Part shown: in pieces, positions 51,846 to 60,525 of the stretch | Numbering within the stretch: position 1 is the stretch's first letter | Layout: the number at the start of each line of letters is the position of its first letter | From: an uncultured delta proteobacterium | GTDB taxonomy: Bacteria > Desulfobacterota > RBG-13-43-22 | Direction of reading: 5' to 3' | Assembly (NCBI GenBank): GCA_963711835.1 | Contig: CAVQFQ010000005.1 | Span: 320,001 to 384,000, forward strand | Length of the DNA stretch: 64,000 nucleotides | The notes under the pieces: generated by a model | What the model was told of the DNA's origin: nothing | Database searches by the model: none | Seen by the model: only the letters and a program-made list of their open reading frames with translations | Position numbers and translations under genes: made by a program

Positions 51846-54122
51846 ATGGAAAAAGGATCGCCCCATTCGACCATCAACCGCATTGGGTTCATCGGCAACT
51901 ACCTGCCGCGCAAGTGCGGCATCGCCACGTTTACCACCGACTTATGTGAGGCCATCGCCGCCGAATACGAGGGCACGACCTGTATTGCCCTGCCCGTTAA
52001 TGACCTCGAGGCCGGTTACGCCTACCCGGCCCGCGTTCGCTTTGAACTGACCGAGAAGGATATTGACTCCTACCGCCGCGCCGCCGACTTCCTGAATATC
52101 AACAGCGTGGACCTCGTCTGCCTGCAACACGAATACGGCATCTTTGGCGGGCGGGCCGGCAGTCACATCCTGGCTCTCCTTCGTGAATTGCGCATGCCCG
52201 TCGTGACGACCTTCCACACCATTCTGCAGGACCCCGACCTTGATCAGCAACGGGTGTTGGAAGAAGTTGCGGCCCTGTCCGATCGGTTGGTGGTTATGAG
52301 TCAGCGCGGCAGGGAATTCTTACAAAAAATCTATGGGGTCCGGCCGGAGAAGATTGATTTCATCCCCCACGGCATCCCTGATGTGCCCTTTATGGACCCC
52401 AGTTTCCACAAAGACCTTTTTGGCGTTGAGGGCAAAACCGTCTTACTCAGTTTTGGTTTGCTCTCAGCGAACAAAGGGATCGAAACGGTTATTGCCGCTC
52501 TGCCCGCCATTTTGGCCCGCCATCCGAACGTGGTCTACATCATCCTTGGCGCCACCCATCCCCACGTCTTGCGGAACGAAGGCGAAATGTATCGGCTGTC
52601 CCTGCAATGGCTGGCTCAGGAGAAAGGTGTGGAAGGTCAGGTGATCTTCTACAACCGCTTTGTCAGTTTGGAGGAACTGGTCGAATTCATCGGCGCGGCG
52701 GACATTTATATCACCCCTTATCTCAACGAGGCCCAGATCACCTCGGGTACCCTGGCCTACACCCTGGGAGCGGGCAAGGCCGTGATTTCGACACCCTACT
52801 GGTATGCGGAAGAGATGCTAGGCGGAAAACGGGGAGCCTTAGTGCCCTTTCGCGATCCGGCGGCCTTGGCTGAGCAAGTGATCAACTTGTTGGACAACGA
52901 GTCCAAACGCCACGCCATGCGCAAACGGGCTTATCTGTTCGGGCGGGCGATGATCTGGCCTATTGTGGCGCGAAGCTACATGGAGAGTTTTAAACGAGCC
53001 CGGGACGAACGTCGTCATTTCACCCCGTCGGGCTTTGCGGTCAAACCGCTCGATAAACGTCCGGGCGAACTTCCCCCTCTCAAACTCGATCATTTATACC
53101 TCATGACGGACGACACCGGCATGTTGCAACACGCCACTTTCACAATACCCAACTATCGGGAGGGTTATAGCATCGACGACAACGCCCGGGCCCTGATCGT
53201 CAGCACTCTTTTGGAGGAACTGGGCAGCGGCGAGGCCTTCAAACTGGCTTCCCATTATCTCGCTTTCATCGGGTATGCCTTTAATACAGAGACCGGGCGA
53301 TTTCGCAATTTTATGGATTACCAGCGTAATTGGTTGGAAAAAAACGGTTCCGACGACAGCCATGGCCGCACCTTGTGGGCCTTGGGCACCGTCTTGGGCC
53401 GCTCAAACACGCCGGCCCTCCAGAGTATGGCCGGCTGGGTGTTCGAGCAGGCCTTGCCGGCCATTCTCAAGACCACCAGCCCCCGGGCCTGGGCCTTCGC
53501 CCTCATCGGTATCCATGAGTATCTAAGGCGTTTTGAAGGTGACCGCAGGGCCAACCAGGTTCGGGATGAATTGGCCGGGCGATTGCTCACCTTATATAAC
53601 AACAGCCGTTCGGATAAATGGTGCTGGTATGAGGCCGGTTTGACCTATTGCAACGCTGCGCTGCCACAGGCCCTGCTTATGTGCGGCCAATGGATCCCGG
53701 ATAAGGCCATGACCGAGGCCGGACTGGAGTCGCTCCATTGGCTGGCCGACTTGCAGCGGGCTGACGCGGCTGGGGGTCATTTTGTACCCATCGGCTCCAA
53801 TGGCTTTTATCAACGCGGTGGTGAACGGGCCCGGTTCGATCAACAGCCGGTCGAGGCCCAAACCATGGCCTCCGCCTGTCTCGAAGCTTACCGGAGTACC
53901 GGAGACGAACGCTGGCGCAAGGAGGCCCGCCGCGCCTTCGACTGGTTCCTCGGGCGCAACGACTTGAACCTGCCCGTTTACGACCCGACGACGGGAGGTT
54001 GCCGGGACGGCCTCCATCCCGACCGCCCAAATGAAAATCAAGGCGCGGAGTCGACGCTCGCCTTTCTTCAGACCTTATTGGAACTGCGCCTGGCTGAGAA
54101 CGCCCTTCAGCCGACCGCTTAA
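51846..54122 (+). CDS. GT4 glycosyltransferase fused to C-terminal glycosidase-like helical domain
   Basis: YLPRKCGIATF, QHEYGIFGG, QITSGTL; GYSIDDNARAL, FDQQPVE, NQGAES. Confidence 0.85.
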   Translation: MEKGSPHSTINRIGFIGNYLPRKCGIATFTTDLCEAIAAEYEGTTCIALPVNDLEAGYAYPARVRFELTEKDIDSYRRAADFLNINSVDLVCLQHEYGIFGGRAGSHILALLRELRMPVVTTFHTILQDPDLDQQRVLEEVAALSDRLVVMSQRGREFLQKIYGVRPEKIDFIPHGIPDVPFMDPSFHKDLFGVEGKTVLLSFGLLSANKGIETVIAALPAILARHPNVVYIILGATHPHVLRNEGEMYRLSLQWLAQEKGVEGQVIFYNRFVSLEELVEFIGAADIYITPYLNEAQITSGTLAYTLGAGKAVISTPYWYAEEMLGGKRGALVPFRDPAALAEQVINLLDNESKRHAMRKRAYLFGRAMIWPIVARSYMESFKRARDERRHFTPSGFAVKPLDKRPGELPPLKLDHLYLMTDDTGMLQHATFTIPNYREGYSIDDNARALIVSTLLEELGSGEAFKLASHYLAFIGYAFNTETGRFRNFMDYQRNWLEKNGSDDSHGRTLWALGTVLGRSNTPALQSMAGWVFEQALPAILKTTSPRAWAFALIGIHEYLRRFEGDRRANQVRDELAGRLLTLYNNSRSDKWCWYEAGLTYCNAALPQALLMCGQWIPDKAMTEAGLESLHWLADLQRADAAGGHFVPIGSNGFYQRGGERARFDQQPVEAQTMASACLEAYRSTGDERWRKEARRAFDWFLGRNDLNLPVYDPTTGGCRDGLHPDRPNENQGAESTLAFLQTLLELRLAENALQPTA

Positions 54123-54137
54123 CCTAAAGGACTATCT

Positions 54138-55163
54138 ATGCGCATTGCGATGCTGTCACCGATTGCCTGGCGCACGCCACCGCGACATTACGGCCCCTGG
54201 GAAAGCGTGGTCTCCCTTTTGACCGAGGGGCTGGTCTCGCGCGGTCATGATGTTACCCTCTTTGCAACCGGTGATTCGGAAACAAGCGGCAAGCTGCATG
54301 CCGTCTGCGCCCGGGGCTATGAAGAAGACCCTTCCATTCTGCCAAAAGTATGGGAGTGCCTGCATATTTCGGAACTCTTTGAGCATGCGGACGATTTTGA
54401 TATTATTCATAATCATTTTGACTTTTTGCCCTTGACCTATACCGGCCTTGTCACCACCCCGTTCGTGGCCACCATTCACGGCTTTTCATCGCCCGGGATT
54501 TTACCTGTTTACAAAAAATATAACCACAAAGTATTTTATGTTTCCATCAGCGATGCCGACCGGTCTCCGGATCTTGACTATATCAAAACCATCCATCACG
54601 GCCTTGATATGAAGCAGTTTGATTTTCAGCCTGAACCGGAAGATTATCTCCTCTTTTTCGGCCGCATTCACCCCGACAAGGGTGCCAGAGAGGCCCTTGA
54701 AATTGCCAGGGCCTGCAATAAAAAGCTGATCATGGCCGGAATCATTCAGGATGAGGCCTACTATCACCAAGACGTCGAACCGCACCTGGACGAACAAACT
54801 GCGGTCTATGTCGGTAGCGTCGGGCCGATTCAGCGAAACCGGCTGCTTAAGAAGGCCTATGCGCTTCTCCATCCCATAAATTTCAATGAGCCTTTCGGAC
54901 TTTCTGTTATAGAGTCCATGGCCTGCGGCACCCCCATAATCGCCTTTGACCGGGGGAGCATGCCTGAACTGATCGAAGACGGCAAAACCGGTTTTCTTGT
55001 TAACACTATCGATGAGGCCATAGACGCTGTGGCTCATATAAAAGAGATAGATCGAGCCTGCTGTCGCCGCCATGTTGAACAGCACTTCACCGTCGATCGT
55101 ATGGTTGAAGAATATATTCAGGTCTATGAAACCATTCTTAAAAAGAGAGGAACCCCGAAATAG
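54138..55163 (+). CDS. GT4 glycosyltransferase
   Basis: PPRHYG, GRIHPDKG, EPFGLSVIESMACGTP. Confidence 0.9.
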   Translation: MRIAMLSPIAWRTPPRHYGPWESVVSLLTEGLVSRGHDVTLFATGDSETSGKLHAVCARGYEEDPSILPKVWECLHISELFEHADDFDIIHNHFDFLPLTYTGLVTTPFVATIHGFSSPGILPVYKKYNHKVFYVSISDADRSPDLDYIKTIHHGLDMKQFDFQPEPEDYLLFFGRIHPDKGAREALEIARACNKKLIMAGIIQDEAYYHQDVEPHLDEQTAVYVGSVGPIQRNRLLKKAYALLHPINFNEPFGLSVIESMACGTPIIAFDRGSMPELIEDGKTGFLVNTIDEAIDAVAHIKEIDRACCRRHVEQHFTVDRMVEEYIQVYETILKKRGTPK

Positions 55164-55166
55164 ACG

Positions 55167-56108
55167 ATGACACCACAGGCTCCCCTTATAAAACGTTATA
55201 AAAAAAACCCCATTCTCACCAAAGATGATGTCCCCTACCCTGTGGCCACGGTCCATAATGCCGGTATCGTCAAGCAAAACGGCCGCTACATTATGCTTTT
55301 CAGGTCGCATTTGCACAACGGGCGCTCTATCATCGGCCGGGCCGACAGTGCGGATGGGTTTTCCTTTACGGTCCACCCGGAACCCTTTCTCACCCCGGCC
55401 AAGGACACCATTTTTGCGGCCTATGAGGAGTACGGAGTTGAGGACCTGCGCATTAACCCTATGGAGGGCGAATATCTTCTTACCTACAGCGCCTACTCCC
55501 GCCACGGGGTGCGCATCGTGCTTGCCCGAACAAAAGACTTTAAAAGCATCGAGCGCGTCGCGCTGATCACCCAGGCCGACCTTCGCAATGTGGTTATTTT
55601 CCCCGAGAAATTCCAAGGACGCTATGCGCGTCTGGACCGGCCGCATTCCGAAATTTCACCCTGGTCCATCTGGATTTCTTATTCCCCGGACCTGGTGCAC
55701 TGGGGCGATTCACGGGTGATTATGAAGCCGGTCCCCTATCACTGGGATGAAATGAAAATCGGGCCCGGAGCACCGCCCTTTAAAACCGACCAAGGCTGGC
55801 TGCATATTTACCATGGCGTCTTTAAGACTATGGCTGGTGCGGTGTATCGCCTTGGCGCGGCTCTGCATGATCTTAATGATCCGGGGAAAATCATCGGCGT
55901 TTCCGATCAGTGGATACTGCAGCCCGAGGATCCCTGGGAAGTGAGCGGTTACGTACCCAATGTTGTTTTTACCTGCGGCGCTGTTCCGGAGGACGACGGG
56001 TCGATAAAAATTTACTGGGGCGGCGCTGATACCGTCATGTGCGCCGGCACGGCAGTGATTGATGACCTGGTCCAGTTATGTCTCACCAAGACCAGGGCGG
56101 CCCTGTAA
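55167..56108 (+). CDS. GH130 beta-mannoside phosphorylase/glycosidase
   Basis: NPIL, YGVEDLRI, RLDRP, KIGPG, GYVPNVVF, YWGGAD. Confidence 0.88.
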   Translation: MTPQAPLIKRYKKNPILTKDDVPYPVATVHNAGIVKQNGRYIMLFRSHLHNGRSIIGRADSADGFSFTVHPEPFLTPAKDTIFAAYEEYGVEDLRINPMEGEYLLTYSAYSRHGVRIVLARTKDFKSIERVALITQADLRNVVIFPEKFQGRYARLDRPHSEISPWSIWISYSPDLVHWGDSRVIMKPVPYHWDEMKIGPGAPPFKTDQGWLHIYHGVFKTMAGAVYRLGAALHDLNDPGKIIGVSDQWILQPEDPWEVSGYVPNVVFTCGAVPEDDGSIKIYWGGADTVMCAGTAVIDDLVQLCLTKTRAAL

Positions 56109-56161
56109 CCAAGGCGAATAATAAATCTAAAACTAACCAAACCTATTTGAAATTTTGGGAT

Positions 56162-56218
56162 GGTCATAGGGGGTCTTGTTTTTGGGGATTGTCCAAAAAA
56201 ACAAGACCCTCTATGACC
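56162..56218. repeat. ~22-bp-stem inverted repeat; arm related to the elements at 1.9 and 14.1 kb
   Basis: ggtcatagggggtcttgttttt / aaaaacaagaccctctatgacc. Confidence 0.6.
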
Positions 56219-56293
56219 CTGGTATAAAATGTTAGAGATGAATTCTCAGATGATCTAATGTAAGAATCTAACCCTATCAAGGAGTCCTGTCTA

Positions 56294-57772
56294 ATGATCC
56301 AAAAACAATTATCCCAGTTAATAGTCAAACGAAAAAGGAATAAAATCTTAAGGGACCCTTCACGCGTCATTACCCGGCTTCATTTGCCGGACGGTGAGTA
56401 TCGCATAGCTAAGATCATTCAACGCATAGTGGATTTGCCTAACACAACAGCCAAAGACATTCTCGCCCAAATATTGATTGATTTTTCCGAACGACACAAA
56501 AACATCAAAGGTATTTTTGCGCGTCACCTGAATGAGGTCAATGACTATATTCCTCGGGAAGCCGTGCTCAGCGAGACCAAAATGGCTCTCATCGGGGCCT
56601 ATTTTACTATGGAGTACTCCATTGAATCGGCGGCCCTTTTTAACCCTTCTATTGTCCCGCATCCTGATCAAAACCATCTTGACCAGGGCAGCTTGCGCTT
56701 TATCATGAGCCTGCGGGCGACCGGCGAAGGTCATGTTTCCTCGATTGTATTTCGCAGCGGTATTCTTGACTCGGACAACAGGGTTCTCTTCAACCCGACC
56801 AGCGATTACGTCGAAACGCCAGAGGTCCATTTGGATTCGGTTTACGACCGGCATCTCTTTGATCTGAAGCTTCTCGAAATGGGAGCCAGCAATGAGGTAA
56901 CCGCTCATCTTCTTAACCAGTTGCCGGAAAATTTCACCTATAACGAACTAAAAAATAAAATTGAATCGCTTCGCACGACCCCGGTTTTCCCTATTATGGT
57001 CCAAAATAAGATCTTCGAGGTTATGTACTGGCTTATCAATTCTAATTATGAAATAAACTTCCACCCCAATCATCGAATTTCCGAACGGGTTATCTTTCCC
57101 GTTTCCAAAAACGAAAGCAACGGTATTGAAGATGCCCGCTTCGTGAAATTTATCGATGACAATGGTGAGGTTACCTACTACGCAACCTATACGGCTTATA
57201 ATGAGTTGACCATTCTGCCACAGCTGATTACCACCAAGGAATTTCTTAAATTTAATATAGTAACCCTCAATGGCAAGGCAGTACAAAACAAAGGCATGGC
57301 TCTTTTCCCACGTAAAATTGACGGCCAATACGTCATGCTTTCCCGTCAGGACGGTGAAAACAATCACATCATGTTCTCAGACAATATCCATTTCTGGCAG
57401 GAGTCTAAAATCATCCAGGAACCGACACGTCCCTGGGAATTTATTCAGATCGGCAACTGCGGCTCACCCTTGGAGACCGATGAAGGATGGCTGGTACTCA
57501 CCCACGGGGTCGGGCCCATGCGTCAATATTGCATTGGCGCCATACTCCTTGATCTTGAAAATCCGGCAAAAATCACCGCCCGTCTGGAAGAACCGTTACT
57601 GTCACCGCACGAGGAAGAGCGCGAGGGGTATGTCCCCAATGTCGTTTATAGCTGCGGTGCGATTATCCACAACAACGAGTTGGTCATTCCCTATGCCATG
57701 GCTGATGTCATGTCTGGCATAGCAACCGTTGGAGTAAGGGATTTAATCAATTCCATGCAACCGGTAGTTTAA
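56294..57772 (+). CDS. GH130-family protein, long form
   Basis: ESAALFNPS, GIEDARF, NKGMALFPR, QIGNCGSP, GYVPNVVYSCG. Confidence 0.88.
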   Translation: MIQKQLSQLIVKRKRNKILRDPSRVITRLHLPDGEYRIAKIIQRIVDLPNTTAKDILAQILIDFSERHKNIKGIFARHLNEVNDYIPREAVLSETKMALIGAYFTMEYSIESAALFNPSIVPHPDQNHLDQGSLRFIMSLRATGEGHVSSIVFRSGILDSDNRVLFNPTSDYVETPEVHLDSVYDRHLFDLKLLEMGASNEVTAHLLNQLPENFTYNELKNKIESLRTTPVFPIMVQNKIFEVMYWLINSNYEINFHPNHRISERVIFPVSKNESNGIEDARFVKFIDDNGEVTYYATYTAYNELTILPQLITTKEFLKFNIVTLNGKAVQNKGMALFPRKIDGQYVMLSRQDGENNHIMFSDNIHFWQESKIIQEPTRPWEFIQIGNCGSPLETDEGWLVLTHGVGPMRQYCIGAILLDLENPAKITARLEEPLLSPHEEEREGYVPNVVYSCGAIIHNNELVIPYAMADVMSGIATVGVRDLINSMQPVV

Positions 57773-57983
57773 TGATCTTGGGATGGGTTCAAGAAGCCTG
57801 CGGGCCAACCTCGAACGTTTTCCAAACAAAATCGTGGGGCATTGAAAATCCGCGTACTCCCTAATACGATCATGAAGCAGAGCCTCCTCTTTATCATTAA
57901 GTGGCCAGATGCCCCTACAGCCCTCGAAGTGAGTGGAATTTCCCTGAACGCCAGGGCCCCGCTCGATCCGTCGCGAGTATAAT

Positions 57984-59363
57984 ATGACCAATCCATCAAT
58001 TTTCAAAGCCTACGATATCCGCGGCGTTTACGGTGTTGATTTGGATGACACAACCGCTTACAAGATCGGCTATTCTTACGCCCAAATGAGAAAAAAAGAA
58101 TGGCCACTAGATCGGCCGCTGCAAATAGCGGTTGCTGCGGATATGCGCCTTTCTTCGCCGACGCTCAAGGATAAATTAATTCAAGGTCTGATCCATGGCG
58201 GTGTGGATGTTGTGGATATCGGACTGGCCTCCACTCCGACTTTTTATTTCGCGGTAGCTAATTACAATTACGACGGCGGAGTCTTGGTTTCGGCCTCGCA
58301 CAATCCCAAGGAATATAACGGCTTCAAGCTGGTGCGCCAAAAGGCCTTGCCGATGAGCGGCGAAGGCGGTCTATATGAGTTAAGGGAGATGGTGGCCAAA
58401 CTGGAATTAGCAAACATCAAGCCGCCGGCAACGGCCAATTCTTTGTCAGCTAACGGGGATGTACTGGCGGATCAGGTAGCGCATGATCTTAAATTTGCCG
58501 ACTCAAAAGAAATAAATAAATTTAAAATTGTGATCGATCCGGCCAATGCCATGGGCGCGCTTTATTTTGACGAGCTATTCAAAAATATTCCGCAATTGAA
58601 AATTATCCGCATGAATTGGGAATTGGACGGCTCTTTTCCAGCGCACGAGGCGGATCCGTTCAAAGAAGAAAACCTGCGCGGCTTATGCGCGCGGGTCAAA
58701 CAAGAGAATGCCGATTTAGGCATAACTACCGACGGCGACGGCGACCGCATATTTTTTGTAGACAATAACGGAGAGCCGGTGGAGCCGGGAATAACGCGGG
58801 CGATCCTTTGCAAAATATTTTTGCGCGAAAACCCAGGCGCGAAAATCTGCTATGACATCCGGCCGGGAAAGATTACCTATGATACTATTATTGAGAATGG
58901 CGGCCAGCCGATAGTCACGCGGGTCGGGCATTCGCTTATTAAGGAAAAAACCATTGAAGAAGGCGCGGTATTTGCCGGCGAATCATCCGGACATTTCTTT
59001 CTGAACATGGGGGAAGAGGGCTGTTATGAAGTGCCTTTAATTGTCACTTTAAAAATTCTGGCCGAGCTGTCGCTAAGCGGACTAAATTTCAGCGAAACTA
59101 TCAAGCCGTATAAAAGATATTTTCATTCCGGCGAAATAAACTCACGCGTCGAGAATGCGGCCGAAAAAATTAAAGAGATAAAAGAAAAATATAAAGACGG
59201 ACAACAAAACGATCTAGACGGCATTACCATTGAGTATCCGGAATTCTGGTTCAATGTCCGCGGCTCCAACACCGAACCGCTTCTCCGCCTAAATCTGGAG
59301 GCCAAGACCAAAGAGCTAATGGAAGAAAAACGAGATGAAGTGCTGGGTATAATAAGAAAATGA
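57984..59363 (+). CDS. manB: Phosphomannomutase/phosphoglucomutase
   Basis: FKAYDIRG, SASHNP, DGDGDR, GESSGH, RGSNTEP. Confidence 0.88.
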   Translation: MTNPSIFKAYDIRGVYGVDLDDTTAYKIGYSYAQMRKKEWPLDRPLQIAVAADMRLSSPTLKDKLIQGLIHGGVDVVDIGLASTPTFYFAVANYNYDGGVLVSASHNPKEYNGFKLVRQKALPMSGEGGLYELREMVAKLELANIKPPATANSLSANGDVLADQVAHDLKFADSKEINKFKIVIDPANAMGALYFDELFKNIPQLKIIRMNWELDGSFPAHEADPFKEENLRGLCARVKQENADLGITTDGDGDRIFFVDNNGEPVEPGITRAILCKIFLRENPGAKICYDIRPGKITYDTIIENGGQPIVTRVGHSLIKEKTIEEGAVFAGESSGHFFLNMGEEGCYEVPLIVTLKILAELSLSGLNFSETIKPYKRYFHSGEINSRVENAAEKIKEIKEKYKDGQQNDLDGITIEYPEFWFNVRGSNTEPLLRLNLEAKTKELMEEKRDEVLGIIRK

Positions 59364-59438
59364 AATGACCATTCCCCTGAGGATCCTCCGTTAAGACGAA
59401 TTTTCTACAAATGCCTGATAAGGAGTAAGAAGGTTTTT

Positions 59439-60500
59439 ATGCCCCATTCCATCATTACCCGAACCGGAAGCTATATCCCGGCCCAACAGGTGGCCAATGA
59501 ACATTTTTTGACCCATGCCTTCTACGGGCCCGACGGGGAAAAAATAGAAAGGCCGAACTCGGAGATTGTCGCCAGGCTTCAGGAAATTACCTGTATTCAG
59601 GAACGGCGCTATGTGACTGATGACCTCAACACCTCGGATATCGCCTTTTTATCGGCCGAAAAGGCCTTGGAAGGGGTGGATCGGGAGACCCTGGATTATA
59701 TAATCGTCGGCCACAATTTCGGCGACGTGAGTCCGGACAATTTTCAATCCGACCTGGTTCCCTCCATCGCCGCCCGGGTAAAGCACAAATTGAGGATAAA
59801 AAACCCCTATACGGTGGCCTTTGACGTGCCCTTCGGCTGTCCGGGCTGGCTCCAGGCCCTGATCATGGCCGACTATTATATCAAATCCGGAGATGCCCAA
59901 AAAATTCTGGTCATCGGGGCGGAGACTCTTTCCCGGGTTTCCGATCCGCACGATATGGACAGCATGATCTATTCCGATGGCGCCGGTGCAGCTCTGTTGG
60001 AAGCAACCGACAGAAAAGCAGGCATTCTTTCTCACGTAACCCGGTCGGACACGTATCAGGAAGCCTTCCTGTTGCGCATGGCCAGATCCTATCACCCAAA
60101 CTCCAATGGAAACAGGCTGTTCCTCAAAATGAACGGCCATGAGGTTTATAAATACGCTCTGAAGCATGTGCCGGAGGTGGTCAAACGCTGCCTGGAAGGC
60201 GGAGGATTTACCCTGGCGGACGTGGCCAAGCTCCTTATCCACCAGGCCAATCAAAAAATGGATGAGGCCATTTTGAAACGCCTGTTCAAACTCTATGGCC
60301 TCCAGGATATTCCGGAGGATATCATGCCCATGACCATTTCCTGGCTGGGCAATAGTTCAGTGGCCACGCTGCCGACGCTGCTGGATCTGATCTTGCGGGG
60401 CAAGGTGGAAAACCAGTGTCTTCAATCCGGGGACCTGGTCGTTTTTGCCTCGGTCGGAGGCGGGATGAATATCAACGCTATGGCCTACCGGATGCCTTAA
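59439..60500 (+). CDS. fabH: Ketoacyl-ACP synthase III family protein
   Basis: FGCPGW, SDGAGA, MNGHEVY, HQAN, GNSS. Confidence 0.85.
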   Translation: MPHSIITRTGSYIPAQQVANEHFLTHAFYGPDGEKIERPNSEIVARLQEITCIQERRYVTDDLNTSDIAFLSAEKALEGVDRETLDYIIVGHNFGDVSPDNFQSDLVPSIAARVKHKLRIKNPYTVAFDVPFGCPGWLQALIMADYYIKSGDAQKILVIGAETLSRVSDPHDMDSMIYSDGAGAALLEATDRKAGILSHVTRSDTYQEAFLLRMARSYHPNSNGNRLFLKMNGHEVYKYALKHVPEVVKRCLEGGGFTLADVAKLLIHQANQKMDEAILKRLFKLYGLQDIPEDIMPMTISWLGNSSVATLPTLLDLILRGKVENQCLQSGDLVVFASVGGGMNINAMAYRMP

Positions 60501-60525
60501 CCCGCATCTTTAGGTGGTTTATATA

